From an uncultured Candidatus Saccharibacteria bacterium (lineage in GTDB: Bacteria > Patescibacteriota > Dojkabacteria > SC72), in contig CAZLLO010000002.1 of NCBI GenBank assembly GCA_964560525.1, positions 18,221 through 82,220 of the forward strand: 64,000 nucleotides of DNA, read 5' to 3'. The translations under genes and the position numbers were made by a program. Under the pieces are notes generated by a model. The model was not told the DNA's origin, searched no databases, and saw only the letters and a program-made list of their open reading frames with translations. Position 1 is the first letter of the stretch; every line of letters begins with the position of its first letter. This document shows positions 27,381 through 37,684 of the stretch, piece after piece.

Positions 27381-27591
27381 ATATTCCTAGTCATTATACA
27401 GACAAAACAACCGTTTTGTCACGTTTCTTAACATTGTGATATAATCACGCCATGTTCAATACAAACAGTAAAACTAACATCTGTTGTTGCCAATAATATT
27501 CCATTGGCTTTTTTACCGTATATTTTCATATTCAATACAAGATAAAGCCAATCCATTGGTTATTCTATTTAATCTGATATAATTTAAAACA

Positions 27592-29028
27592 ATGAAACTG
27601 TATTCAACACTAGATCGAAAAGTAGTAGATATCCAACCCATAAAAGATAACGAAATCTCAATATATAGTTGTGGACCAACAGTCTACTACAGAATGCATT
27701 TAGGCAATATTCGAGCATATGTAGCATGGGATGTAATGCATAGAGCATTAAAATACCTAGGTTACAATGTAAATAGAGTAATGAACTTCACAGATGTAGG
27801 ACATATGAGTCATGATGAAGACTTTGGAGAGGACAAAATGGACAAAGAAGCAGCAAAAGAAGGAATAACTGCCATAGATGTAGCAAACAAATATATAAAT
27901 ACGGTATTAGAAGATTTCAAAGCCTTGAATATCCTCACACCAAGTGGAGATGTGGTATCTGATGGTTTGGACTTTCATGATGTAGAAAAATATGGATGGA
28001 TGCGCGCAACTAATATGATTCCAGAGATCATATCCCTCATACAGAAGATGGAAACCAATGGATACACTTACGAAACCGATCATGCTTTGTATTTTGATGT
28101 TACTAAGGTACCTGATTACACCATTTTTACAGGCCAGAAATTAGAAGACAAAAAGGTAGGAGATAGAGAAGATGTAGTAGTAGATCCTAACAAAAAGAAT
28201 CCAGCCGACTTTGTATTGTGGATGAAATTAATAGGTAAATATGCCAATCATGATATGCATTGGAGCTCACCATGGGGTGAAGGATTCCCAGGATGGCATA
28301 TTGAATGTTCTGCTATGGTAAACAAAGCATTTGGAGAACATTTAGATATACATACAGGAGGTATAGACCATATACCTGTACATCATCCAAATGAAAGAGC
28401 ACAGAATATTGGTGCGTTTGGACAACCTGTTGTTAAATATTGGGTACATAATGAATGGGTAGTAACTAAAGATGATGCTAAACTTGCTAAGAGTGAGGGT
28501 AATGCTGATGATTTACCAGGTATTGTATCTCAAGGGTTTGATCCTTTAGATATTCGATATCTATTTGCCTCCGTTAACTATCATACGAAGCTACAGCTCT
28601 CTACAGAGGCTCTAAAGGGTGCTCAGAATGCCCGATTAGGGATTAACAAACGAGTTGCTGAGTTGGGAGATGTGAGAGGTAACCTAATACCAGAATATAT
28701 TGAAAGATTTAAGAATGCCTTAGAGAATAATCTTAATATGTCAGAGGTGATGGCGATTGTGAATGAGTTATTAAGATCCAACAATCCAAAAGAAGATATC
28801 CTTGTTACTGTTTTAGATTTTGACAAAGTATTAGGACTTGGCCTAGGTGCTGTACAGAAAGAACCAGAGACAGTTCCAGATGCTATTATTTCACTCTGGG
28901 GGAAAGAGAGAGATAAAGCTAGATCTGAAAAAAGATTCTCAGACGCGGATAATTATAGAAAATTAATGGAAGAAGCTGGTTACAAAGTAATGGATACACC
29001 AGAAGGTACTAAATATGCAAAATACTAA
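27592..29028 (+). CDS. cysS: Cysteinyl-tRNA synthetase
   Basis: CGPTVY...HLGN (HIGH), GWHIECSAM, KLAKSEGN (KMSKS). Confidence 0.9.
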   Translation: MKLYSTLDRKVVDIQPIKDNEISIYSCGPTVYYRMHLGNIRAYVAWDVMHRALKYLGYNVNRVMNFTDVGHMSHDEDFGEDKMDKEAAKEGITAIDVANKYINTVLEDFKALNILTPSGDVVSDGLDFHDVEKYGWMRATNMIPEIISLIQKMETNGYTYETDHALYFDVTKVPDYTIFTGQKLEDKKVGDREDVVVDPNKKNPADFVLWMKLIGKYANHDMHWSSPWGEGFPGWHIECSAMVNKAFGEHLDIHTGGIDHIPVHHPNERAQNIGAFGQPVVKYWVHNEWVVTKDDAKLAKSEGNADDLPGIVSQGFDPLDIRYLFASVNYHTKLQLSTEALKGAQNARLGINKRVAELGDVRGNLIPEYIERFKNALENNLNMSEVMAIVNELLRSNNPKEDILVTVLDFDKVLGLGLGAVQKEPETVPDAIISLWGKERDKARSEKRFSDADNYRKLMEEAGYKVMDTPEGTKYAKY

Positions 29029-29887
29029 ATCATTAAAGATAGAGAAATCACAAGAAGCAAACTTTAAGAAAACACTCCTTAATTTAGGTTGGAGAGAAGA
29101 AAAATCTACAAATGAATACATCGTTTGGAGAATGAAAAGCTATTTAGGTTCTGTAGCTATGCTATACACCAGCGGCAAATTGGTATTACAAGGAAGTGAA
29201 GATTTCTCAAATATCATAATTGATGGAAACAAAGGAGAAGAGGACATGCTTCCACACTTGGGAGTAGATGAAGTAGGAAAAGGTGATTACTTTGGTCCTT
29301 TGGTAATTGTCTCTTGTTTTGTAAATAAGGAAAATGTAGAAATCTTTAAAAATATTGGAGTAGGGGATTCTAAGAAGTTTTCGGACAAGAAAATTATGGA
29401 GATGTATTCTCAGTTAAAAGATTATGCATATTACTATGCAAGTATTGTAATGCCTTCTGAGTACAATCAGTTACAGAAAGAGACAGGGAATGTTGCAATT
29501 CTTCTAGCAAGGCAACATTCTAAAGTCATTGAGATGGGTTTGGGGGATCTTAAATCCAAAAATGTAGAATGTAATACTGTGGTTATTGATCAGTTCTCAA
29601 ACAGTAAGAGTAGGATACTAAATGAATTAGGAAAGTATGGAAAGGAAGCACAGATAGATCAGTTTCATAAAGGAGAGTCTGATATTGCGGTAGCTGCAGC
29701 CTCAGTTATTGCAAGAGGCATATTTGTAGAAGAGATGGACAAGCTTTCAAAGGTATATGGTTTTGATTTTCCCAAAGGTGCCTCAGATGTCATAGGGAAA
29801 GGGAGAGAGTTTGTAAAGAAATATGGAAAGGAAGAACTTAATAACGTTGCTAAGATATCGTTTAGAACTACTAAGAGTTTGATTTAG
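29015..29887 (+). CDS. rnhC: Ribonuclease HIII
   Basis: GVDEVGKGDYFGPLVIV RNase HII/HIII catalytic block preceded by an N-terminal domain of about 80 aa, typical of RNase HIII. Confidence 0.75.
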   Translation: MQNTKSLKIEKSQEANFKKTLLNLGWREEKSTNEYIVWRMKSYLGSVAMLYTSGKLVLQGSEDFSNIIIDGNKGEEDMLPHLGVDEVGKGDYFGPLVIVSCFVNKENVEIFKNIGVGDSKKFSDKKIMEMYSQLKDYAYYYASIVMPSEYNQLQKETGNVAILLARQHSKVIEMGLGDLKSKNVECNTVVIDQFSNSKSRILNELGKYGKEAQIDQFHKGESDIAVAAASVIARGIFVEEMDKLSKVYGFDFPKGASDVIGKGREFVKKYGKEELNNVAKISFRTTKSLI

Positions 29888-30800
29888 AAGTCTTACTTCT
29901 TTTGTCTGCTTTTACAGCTCTAGCTATAATGGCTATTAGTAGTATTACAAAAATCAATATCCCAGGATAGAGATAGTATGAAATCAGAGCATTATCTTTG
30001 GTAATAGAATTTTCATCTACACCATTGTAGAATCTTCCTACGACTTTTCTCCCAAAAAGGATATCTGATATATGCCAATCAGATATTGAGATTGTTTCCT
30101 CTATGCTTTCTTTGGGATAGAGCTTTTGATTATTAGCATTAATGTGCTTGTATATTGGAGCATAGGAGCTTTTCCCATCATAGACTTGTATCTCTCCTTG
30201 TGGTTGTTCTACATAGTTGGTTGTATTTTGATATGTATATTTAACAATTGTAGGTTTCAAGAAAGGTATTCCCTTGTCTACTATCTCTGTTGTAATTTGT
30301 GCAAACTCTCCACTGATACCTAGTACTGCAGCATCAGATTTCTCAAATATGTGTATCACAACAAGTTGTGAAAGTGTATCTATAGTTCCTAACTGATTTT
30401 GCTGGCTTAGATATCCAGGAGTTAGTACTTTCTGAAGGACAATGAGATTAAAATATGTTCCCATGGTAAGGTTGGTAGGGGGAATTATTTCGTAATTTAG
30501 ACTTAGGGTGCTTCCTGGTTGTACTGTATATGTCTCTTTGTCTAAACGTAGGAATATGGTTTTGTCACTGGTTATGAGCTGTAATGTTTTAGGATCATAT
30601 GCTGAAACAATGGGGTTAATAGTTACAGGAATACTACTTTCATTTTTGTAAGTGAATTTACCTGTAGCTTTTGTGTCTTTCGCAATACCTGCTTCATAGA
30701 TTGCAGGTGTAACTGAATCTGCATACGCACGAGAAGAGGTCAATGAAATTATTCCGATGGTACAGAATATTGTTATGAAGAAAAATATCTTGTTTCTCAT
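29871..30800 (-). CDS. Cell-surface protein, N-terminal signal peptide and C-terminal TM anchor with basic tail
   Basis: Signal peptide (FFITIFCTIGIISLTSSRAYA), beta-rich ectodomain, C-terminal ILIFVILLIAIIARAVKADKRSKTSKSNS. The topology is reminiscent of DUF916/DUF3324-type surface proteins. Confidence 0.45.
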   Translation of the reverse strand: MRNKIFFFITIFCTIGIISLTSSRAYADSVTPAIYEAGIAKDTKATGKFTYKNESSIPVTINPIVSAYDPKTLQLITSDKTIFLRLDKETYTVQPGSTLSLNYEIIPPTNLTMGTYFNLIVLQKVLTPGYLSQQNQLGTIDTLSQLVVIHIFEKSDAAVLGISGEFAQITTEIVDKGIPFLKPTIVKYTYQNTTNYVEQPQGEIQVYDGKSSYAPIYKHINANNQKLYPKESIEETISISDWHISDILFGRKVVGRFYNGVDENSITKDNALISYYLYPGILIFVILLIAIIARAVKADKRSKTSKSNS

Positions 30801-31789
30801 CTTGGTCGTGGATGATATATTTCTTTCTCTTTTTTCTTTTTCTTAATCAATTTGATTGTTACAATCACAGTAATGATTACTATTAAGGCAATTAGTATTA
30901 CCTTCCAGGGTATAATCCAAAAGGAGATTTCTGAAGTTAGTGGAGCGAATCCTGGTTGGAATGTACGATATGTTACTATTAATTTGGCTTTAATAGGGCC
31001 AAGCACTATGGAGTTATCTTTGGTTAGAAACGAGCCAAGGTTCCATTTGGTTTCGTAATTCCCAATATTGTCTCTAAGTACACTCTGGTTATTGGGATTG
31101 AATGGAATAGTGGCTATCTCTTGGTCGAATATGTTTGTGAGTATTATTTCTCCAGTTGGTGTTATATGTGTATCTCCTAAGTTTTTGATCCTAGTATCAA
31201 ATGTTATATCTGGATATTCATAGAAATTATCATCTGTTGTAAATTCCAAGAGCTCCGCATTCTCTACAAACTCTGTACCAATCTTTACGAGTATCGGCAT
31301 CCCCAGTGCAAGTGTAGTGGTTGCTCCTGTGCCTGTTAATTTGTCCTCATTTTCAGAGATGAAAGCGATAATTACGTTGTATTCTCCTTTAGTAGCATCT
31401 TTGGGAACATTTATCTCGTAATATATCTTCTCGTTTCTGTTTGGTACTAAATTAATACTGTTAATACTTGTAGTTGTCCATGTTGTGGCAGTGTACAAGC
31501 TTTTAGCTTCTTCTTCCTCTGTGAGTAGAACTGCTGTACCAGGCTGATTTTCAATCTGTCTAAATCCTCTGACTACAATATTGTATTTTGTTGTTTTCTC
31601 AGTTAGGTTCCAAACCACTAATTCACCATTGTATTTTTGTCCTGCGGTAAGTTGAAGCTTTTCAGAAGTAGGGGCTGTGCCAAGAGAAATATTGTCTGCA
31701 CTTACTTTACCACTAAAGAAGAAGGAGAATGAGAAAAAAAATAACAGAATGAATATTCCTTTAAAAAGCTGAGTATATATGTTTTTCAT
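30797..31789 (-). CDS. Cell-surface protein paralog-like (signal peptide plus C-terminal TM and Lys-rich tail)
   Basis: Same architecture as the downstream gene; C-terminal LIALIVIITVIVTIKLIKKKKKEKE. The stop/start overlap is 4 nt. Confidence 0.45.
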   Translation of the reverse strand: MKNIYTQLFKGIFILLFFFSFSFFFSGKVSADNISLGTAPTSEKLQLTAGQKYNGELVVWNLTEKTTKYNIVVRGFRQIENQPGTAVLLTEEEEAKSLYTATTWTTTSINSINLVPNRNEKIYYEINVPKDATKGEYNVIIAFISENEDKLTGTGATTTLALGMPILVKIGTEFVENAELLEFTTDDNFYEYPDITFDTRIKNLGDTHITPTGEIILTNIFDQEIATIPFNPNNQSVLRDNIGNYETKWNLGSFLTKDNSIVLGPIKAKLIVTYRTFQPGFAPLTSEISFWIIPWKVILIALIVIITVIVTIKLIKKKKKEKEIYHPRPR

Positions 31790-31792
31790 AGT

Positions 31793-32926
31793 CTAGTAAT
31801 AACCACCACAAACAAAGGTAACACTCTCTGAGTAGCTTCCTGCTTGTGCAGATGAACCTGCTCTTGCACCATATGTAATTGTAGAATTTTCTGCAGATGC
31901 TTGTGCACCATTCTGGTAAAGAATTAACTGTGCTCCTGAGGTTGTCCTATCCAAGGCTCCAAATGTACCCGCAGTCCCATCACTGAAATCAGAAGGTACA
32001 ACTGCTGCACCACCTGCATCAGGATCTGAGACTGTCATTCCAAAACCTTCTGCACCTACACCAGTAAGTGCAATTGTGCCACTTCCTGTTGAAGGAATAA
32101 GGTATGTTGTTGCGGAAGATTTGTACAATCCTGCATCTGTAGAGCTATCTCCTGTACCATATGCTGCCCAGTAGTATCCACTTGTTGTGGTTGAAGTTGT
32201 TGTCGAAATTGTATGTGTTACTGTTGAGTATGATCCACCAGGGTAGAGTGAGCCTAAGCTTACTGCACTGGTACTGATACTACAGTTTACAGAAGGAACA
32301 GCAGCAACTGTTGCAGAGATAACGACAGTATCACTTGCTACTAAGTATAGCCCAAAGGTACTAGAGTCGATGGTTGTTCCGTTTTTGGCCTCAACTGTTA
32401 CATCATGTTCTCCTGCAGAAGATGCAGTTCCAATAACGCCTGCAGCTGATCCATTTGTAATCTTTACACCGTAGGTGGTACCTGCGGTTAAAGCGCCTAC
32501 GTTTGATATTGTTATCTTATCTACTGATGATGATCCTGATCCTTGAGCGCATACTGCTGCCAAGGCGGTACCAGAATTTGGCATAACAGCATCAATTGCC
32601 CAGTTTGTAGTTGCATAGTCTGCAGCTGAAGATGAGACACCTGTTACTGTTAATGCACCTGCGGTTCTACACCAAGTGGAATCATCTCCATCAGGGAATG
32701 ATATTGTTACTGTCCCTCCAGAGGGTATTGTTTGTGCAGTATCGATAGCTAAGACATATTCTACGGTAGGAGAGGAACCATTGATATTGGTTTGAATTCT
32801 ACTAAGGTAGAGATATGATGCTGAAAGGGCACCTGCTTTAGAAGTGAAGTATGGGAAAAGTAGTACAAAGAAGATCGATAAGACGAGAATGGAGATACTT
32901 CCTGTAATCAAGCTAGACTTTTTCAT
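31793..32926 (-). CDS. Secreted Ser/Thr/Gly/Ala-rich surface protein
   Basis: N-terminal signal/TM, low-complexity T/S/G/A-rich beta-type sequence, C-terminal aromatic end (CGGYY). Confidence 0.45.
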   Translation of the reverse strand: MKKSSLITGSISILVLSIFFVLLFPYFTSKAGALSASYLYLSRIQTNINGSSPTVEYVLAIDTAQTIPSGGTVTISFPDGDDSTWCRTAGALTVTGVSSSAADYATTNWAIDAVMPNSGTALAAVCAQGSGSSSVDKITISNVGALTAGTTYGVKITNGSAAGVIGTASSAGEHDVTVEAKNGTTIDSSTFGLYLVASDTVVISATVAAVPSVNCSISTSAVSLGSLYPGGSYSTVTHTISTTTSTTTSGYYWAAYGTGDSSTDAGLYKSSATTYLIPSTGSGTIALTGVGAEGFGMTVSDPDAGGAAVVPSDFSDGTAGTFGALDRTTSGAQLILYQNGAQASAENSTITYGARAGSSAQAGSYSESVTFVCGGYY

Positions 32927-33057
32927 ATTTTTAGGGCAGAAATATAATGAGTACCTTTAATACAAGTATAATTTAATCAATATATGTATACTTTGTCAAA
33001 TAATTATATGGTAATAATAATCTCCTCCAAAAACATTGGAGTAGGGGGTATCCTTTA

Positions 33058-34263
33058 TTAGTACCTAGGTACTAGGATGAAGTATATTTCCTCAGAATAA
33101 TCAGTAGCAGGAGTCTTGTTGGTGCTAGCTTTTGCGATGAGATTGATTCCAATTCGACCATTTTGTATTGGACCACTTCCGTCATACATTTTACTTGCAG
33201 TTGTAAGTACTGCTCCTACATTGTTTATACTTCCTCCATAACCTGTAACGGTGGAGAGATTTCCTAGATATGCTGAAGTGTCATTGTACATATAGTAGTT
33301 TTGTAATCCAAAGCCCTCAGATGCTGCATCTAGATCTGCAGTTGCCGAGGCTATGGTTTGAGATGTGGTTGTACTTCTTAGTCCACCATTCTTACCATAT
33401 TGTATAACGGCTACACCACCAGAAGAGTTACTACTAATATCCAACCATACCAAGCTAGTTGATTTGGTTGCAGCCGCACCTGCTACTAAGTTACTTGCGC
33501 CTGAGAAGGAGATAGTATATGGAGAACTTGATTCTGTAGAGGTCCCACTTGATGGTGCAATATCAATATCAAAGAACACTGTCCCAATTGTAGTGGTTGC
33601 ACTAGAAGCTTTACTGTAATCTGATTGGGTGAAATCTCCACTCAATGCAGAGATTTCAATGTAGTAGGTAGTATTTGATGCTAATCCTTTAATATTGAAA
33701 ACCTCAGCTTCCCAATATGCTTGTGTTCTAAAATCATTAATATCATGATTTGCTAAAAGTTCTGGTTTAAATGTTGCTCCATCTATATATTGCACATCAT
33801 TAACAAAATTGTCTGTAGATATAGCTATGGTATATAGAGTGTCAGATGGATTACTGTTAGTTATGATTTCAAATCGAGCCTTGTCATAGCATCCATTACC
33901 TCCACACAGTGCTACCATTCCTCCACTTAATTCAGCAGGTCCTGTTAAGCAGTTGGTACTCCCATTTGTTGTAGTTTCAAAGCATTGGATACCTGGTTGT
34001 GCAGCTAAGAAGTTTGATGATGGGTCTTGTTGTAGTCTGTAGTTAGCAGAGTAGTTTCTAGGGTCTGCGGATATGTTACCTACTGTACTTGCTACGCTGT
34101 AATTACCTGATACTGAATCGAGTAGTCCACCTCCTGTGGATGTAGTAGCGCCTACAATTTTGTAGTTACCTGAATCTAGGTCTGTAGCGAATGCAGATTG
34201 TGCTAGTGTAAGGGATATCCCAGTTACAAGGATTACTTTGAATATGTTGGCAGTTTTCATCAT
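33058..34263 (-). CDS. Secreted Ser/Thr/Gly-rich surface protein
   Basis: Signal peptide (LTLAQSAFATD), long S/T/G/N-rich region, C-terminal ...YFILVPRY. Confidence 0.45.
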   Translation of the reverse strand: MMKTANIFKVILVTGISLTLAQSAFATDLDSGNYKIVGATTSTGGGLLDSVSGNYSVASTVGNISADPRNYSANYRLQQDPSSNFLAAQPGIQCFETTTNGSTNCLTGPAELSGGMVALCGGNGCYDKARFEIITNSNPSDTLYTIAISTDNFVNDVQYIDGATFKPELLANHDINDFRTQAYWEAEVFNIKGLASNTTYYIEISALSGDFTQSDYSKASSATTTIGTVFFDIDIAPSSGTSTESSSPYTISFSGASNLVAGAAATKSTSLVWLDISSNSSGGVAVIQYGKNGGLRSTTTSQTIASATADLDAASEGFGLQNYYMYNDTSAYLGNLSTVTGYGGSINNVGAVLTTASKMYDGSGPIQNGRIGINLIAKASTNKTPATDYSEEIYFILVPRY

Positions 34264-34278
34264 TAATGATATTGTAAA

Positions 34279-35268
34279 TTGAAACTATTAGTCAACAAAT
34301 ATATGAAAGAGACGGTTGTACATGTAAAAAATTTAAGGAAAATATATCATACTAGGGTTAGTAAGGGGTTGTTTAGTACTGAAAAGAGGGAGGTTGAGGC
34401 GGTTAAGGATATTTCTTTTGATATATATGGTGAAGAGGTTGTTGGTTTCATTGGTCCTAATGGTGCGGGTAAGACTACTACATTAAAGTGTCTTTCGGGT
34501 TTGTTAGTGCCTACTAGTGGTGAGGTTGAGGTGTTGGGGTTTAAACCAGAAAAAAGAAAGAAGGGTTTTCTACAGAAGATTGCACTTGTGATGGGTCAGA
34601 AGAGTCAGTTGTGGTGGGAGTTAGCTCCTGTTGAGACTTTTAAGCTTAACAAGGAGATCTATGGTATTTCGGACAAGGAATATAATGAGGTGGTTAATGA
34701 GATGGTTGAGATTTTGGATATCAAAGAGGTCATACTTAAGCCTACTAGGAATCTTTCTTTGGGTGAGCGTATGAGGTGTGAGATTGTTGCGGCGTTGTTG
34801 CATACTCCTGAGTTAGTTTTCTTAGATGAACCAACTATTGGCTTGGATGTGGTTTCTCAACATAACTTGAGGGAGTTCATAAAGGTGTACAACCAGAGGT
34901 ACAAGGCTACGGTACTGTTAACTAGTCATAACATGGAGGATGTTTCTAATCTTTGTAAAAGGGTTATAGTTATTGATCATGGTGTGGTTTTGTATGATGG
35001 TAAGATTTCTGAATTGATTAATGGTTTTGTTAAGGAAAAGCAGATTCATTTTGTACTAAAGGAAAATATTTCTCCTGATGATTTTAAAGCTTTAGGTAAG
35101 TTAACTGTGTGTAGTGGTAATGAGGGTACGCTTGAGGTGAGTAGGGAGAGGGTTAGTGATGTGTCTAAGGAGTTATTAAATTTGTTTGAGGTTGTTGATT
35201 TGGATATTAGTGAACCTAATTTAGAATCTGTTATTAAGGGTATTTTTGAGGGTGGGTACAAGATTTAA
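34279..35268 (+). CDS. ABC transporter ATP-binding protein (no adjacent permease)
   Basis: Walker A GPNGAGKTT, signature LSLGERMR, Walker B LDEPTIGLD, H-loop, plus a C-terminal domain of about 90 aa. Confidence 0.8.
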   Translation: MKLLVNKYMKETVVHVKNLRKIYHTRVSKGLFSTEKREVEAVKDISFDIYGEEVVGFIGPNGAGKTTTLKCLSGLLVPTSGEVEVLGFKPEKRKKGFLQKIALVMGQKSQLWWELAPVETFKLNKEIYGISDKEYNEVVNEMVEILDIKEVILKPTRNLSLGERMRCEIVAALLHTPELVFLDEPTIGLDVVSQHNLREFIKVYNQRYKATVLLTSHNMEDVSNLCKRVIVIDHGVVLYDGKISELINGFVKEKQIHFVLKENISPDDFKALGKLTVCSGNEGTLEVSRERVSDVSKELLNLFEVVDLDISEPNLESVIKGIFEGGYKI

Positions 35269-35306
35269 TAGGTTTTTTTTGGTATAATCCCTATGTTCAT
35301 ATATAT

Positions 35307-35393
35307 GGAGAGGTGTCAGAGTGGTCGAATGAGACGGTCTTGAAAACCGTTATATGGGTAACCATATCGGGGGTTCGAATCCCTTCCTCTCCG
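35307..35393 (+). tRNA. tRNA-Ser (anticodon TGA)
   Basis: GGAGAGG/CCTCTCC acceptor stem, anticodon stem ACGGT/ACCGT with loop CTTGAAA (anticodon TGA), long variable arm (TATATGG...CCATATC), T-loop GGGGGTTCGAATCCCTT, discriminator G. No encoded CCA. Confidence 0.85.
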
Positions 35394-35429
35394 GATTGAA
35401 CTTGAATCGTTATTATTTAGCTATTTGAT

Positions 35430-35990
35430 ATGATAAAAAGTTTAGCAGAAATCCAAACCCCAGATGTACGGACCAAACTGTCTCTCTTAGATCTTCATCA
35501 GGCAATTGAGTGGAGAAAAGGATTTGAATTCATTACAGATGATGTTTTGTTAAGAAATATCTCATATCAACTCCAATATCTAGATTTCTTAATTGAACTA
35601 CATAATAAATATCAAGTATATGGAGTAATTGATTCACTTCTTTGTAAAAATATCATTGTGAATATCAATTCAATTGTGGAGGCATGTCTCGACTATACAG
35701 CAAGACAAGCTATGAAAAAATCTAACAACTTACATTGCAATGAGCAGATTGCATATGTGGACTTAATAAATATGGCATGTGAGGATTTCGGAATTATTAG
35801 TACCACATTAGTTAAAATGTTACATCAGTTAAGGAAACAAAGAAACTTTCAACATTTTCAGAGTCAAGAGGAAAGAGAGTTGGATAAATACAAGCCAAAG
35901 GATGCCAATTACGCGATAGAAATTCTTAAAATATTTAGAGATCAGTTGAAAGAATACTATAATAGATATTTGCAAGAGGAGAAGGAATAG
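35430..35990 (+). CDS. Hypothetical protein (first gene after tRNA-Ser)
   Basis: A 186-aa soluble alpha-helical ORF with no recognisable motif. Confidence 0.4.
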   Translation: MIKSLAEIQTPDVRTKLSLLDLHQAIEWRKGFEFITDDVLLRNISYQLQYLDFLIELHNKYQVYGVIDSLLCKNIIVNINSIVEACLDYTARQAMKKSNNLHCNEQIAYVDLINMACEDFGIISTTLVKMLHQLRKQRNFQHFQSQEERELDKYKPKDANYAIEILKIFRDQLKEYYNRYLQEEKE

Positions 35991-36036
35991 CAAACCTTAA
36001 AACATAATCGGGAAGGAAGAATTTGGATTATATATA

Positions 36037-36234
36037 TTAATCTTGACAGTTAGTATAAGGATAAGAACAGTTATGAGAGCTACTACCCGAGAAGAATATA
36101 ATATGAATAATCAAACTCAAGGCAAGTATTAAGAATAGGAATTGGATATACTCTTTAGCACTGGAGGGTTTCTTTTCTGCTACTAGAAAAACTAGAATAG
36201 TGACGACAGGAATAATAAAAAGATATTCAACCAT
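36037..36234 (-). CDS. Small 2-TM membrane protein
   Basis: A 65-aa ORF with two hydrophobic helices; weak support. Confidence 0.3.
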   Translation of the reverse strand: MVEYLFIIPVVTILVFLVAEKKPSSAKEYIQFLFLILALSLIIHIIFFSGSSSHNCSYPYTNCQD

Positions 36235-36255
36235 ATTATTTTTTTAGTACTAAAT

Positions 36256-37116
36256 TTACATAGCAACTATCTTCTTATCCAATAACCATCTTCCATTAGT
36301 TACTTTCCATTCATTGTAGATGCCGCTAATTGATTGCATGGACGGATCGTAGAAGTATGTAATTAGTCTAAAGTCAGATTTGCTATCATCAGTGAAAGCC
36401 ATATATAAATCCATATTTCCTCGGGTTAATTTATCTTCTGATATAAAAGTTTTAAAATCAAAATATAGCCTAGAATAGGTATCTTTGGTTAGTTCATAAG
36501 CGACAATATTGTAAGATGATCCTACATAATCGAGAGTACTAAAGAATAAGTATTTATTTTCTAGGTTTTCATTCTCGTATATTATTAATTGAATTTCTTG
36601 CTTACATCCTGCGTTATTGTCATAATCCTCGCATACAACATCGGATCTTAAGTTATCTGTCAAAGTAGAGTTGTTTAACTTCAAACTACAAGATGGCCAG
36701 TAGGGTGGGATTGATAGAGAATCTTTATCTATTTCACGGCATTCTAAATATAAATAGTCACTATCCCCAATATCAAATTTGTCTTTTACGATACTTCCCG
36801 TTTGAATATCATATTGTGGGGTATCTACTGCCTTTTCAATTTTAATATATCCATTGGGGTTCCACTTATCATTTGTAAATATGTCAGCTCCTTCATAATA
36901 TGTCTTATCTTCAGGATCAAGGAGACTGATATCTGCAGTACCTAAAACCAGTGGCTTAGAGGTTGATTTTGTTGGAAACAATATATCCGCATAATATGAT
37001 CCTATTGCAAATGTCATAATCATACATGGAAGAGAAATAGCAATACCCTTCATTATCCTTTTTACACTAACTTCTTTAGATAAGAATGGGTTACTACTCA
37101 TGCCAAAATAGTACAC
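36256..37116 (-). CDS. Secreted/membrane-anchored hypothetical protein
   Basis: N-terminal hydrophobic segment (IAISLPCMIMTFAIG) then a Cys-containing beta-rich domain. Confidence 0.4.
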   Translation of the reverse strand: MYYFGMSSNPFLSKEVSVKRIMKGIAISLPCMIMTFAIGSYYADILFPTKSTSKPLVLGTADISLLDPEDKTYYEGADIFTNDKWNPNGYIKIEKAVDTPQYDIQTGSIVKDKFDIGDSDYLYLECREIDKDSLSIPPYWPSCSLKLNNSTLTDNLRSDVVCEDYDNNAGCKQEIQLIIYENENLENKYLFFSTLDYVGSSYNIVAYELTKDTYSRLYFDFKTFISEDKLTRGNMDLYMAFTDDSKSDFRLITYFYDPSMQSISGIYNEWKVTNGRWLLDKKIVAM

Positions 37117-37247
37117 AAAAAGTTAAGAATTATCAATTCATATCCAATAATTATGTATATTGTTAATCTGTGGCTCGAGGTTTCGCTTTTTGTTATCTAT
37201 AGGATTCCACTTTAATTAAGGTTTTGATATAATCAACAAGCAAATAT

Positions 37248-37667
37248 ATGGTATTGATTAGAGCTATGGGGCAGAAAGAAAAACACTTAGAAATGATCCA
37301 AGAGATCATAAAAAGGATTGCGAATAATTCTTTTTTTATAAAAGGATGGGCTATTACCCTTGTTGCAGGATTGTTAGCATTACTTTCTAAAGATCCATCA
37401 TTTGCTTATGCAGTGATTATTTTCATTCCTGTGGCTTTTCTTTGGTGCTTGGATGCATACTTTATATCGCAAGAGCGATTATTTCGAGATTTATATGAAT
37501 CGGTGCGAAAACTCAAGGATGAAGAAATAGATTACTCTATGGATGTTACCCAATTTCGCAAAAAGAAAAGAAATTCTTGGCTTTGCTCCTTCTTTTCACA
37601 CACACTTATTCCTTTCTACTTATCCCTAATTGCAACAATATATTTCATATTGTTAATTTTATTTTAA
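37248..37667 (+). CDS. Small membrane protein: N-terminal amphipathic helix, 2 TM hairpin, cytoplasmic linker, C-terminal TM (SLATT-like 2TM+1TM topology)
   Basis: IQEIIKRIANNSFFIKGWAITLVAGLLALL / AYAVIIFIPVAFLWCLDAYF hairpin, charged linker of about 45 aa, C-terminal LIPFYLSLIATIYFILLILF. Sits immediately upstream of the TIR gene with an 18-nt gap. Confidence 0.5.
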   Translation: MVLIRAMGQKEKHLEMIQEIIKRIANNSFFIKGWAITLVAGLLALLSKDPSFAYAVIIFIPVAFLWCLDAYFISQERLFRDLYESVRKLKDEEIDYSMDVTQFRKKKRNSWLCSFFSHTLIPFYLSLIATIYFILLILF

Positions 37668-37684
37668 TTTTTATATAAAAAGAT

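Noticed and set aside
27381-27591. Possible T-box riboswitch leader upstream of cysS
   Set aside because: No conserved T-box sequence (AGGGTGGNACCGCG-like) or specifier/antiterminator architecture was recognisable. Only short direct repeats (TTCAATACAA x2) and CCATTGG palindromes are present, noted as possible promoter/operator elements.
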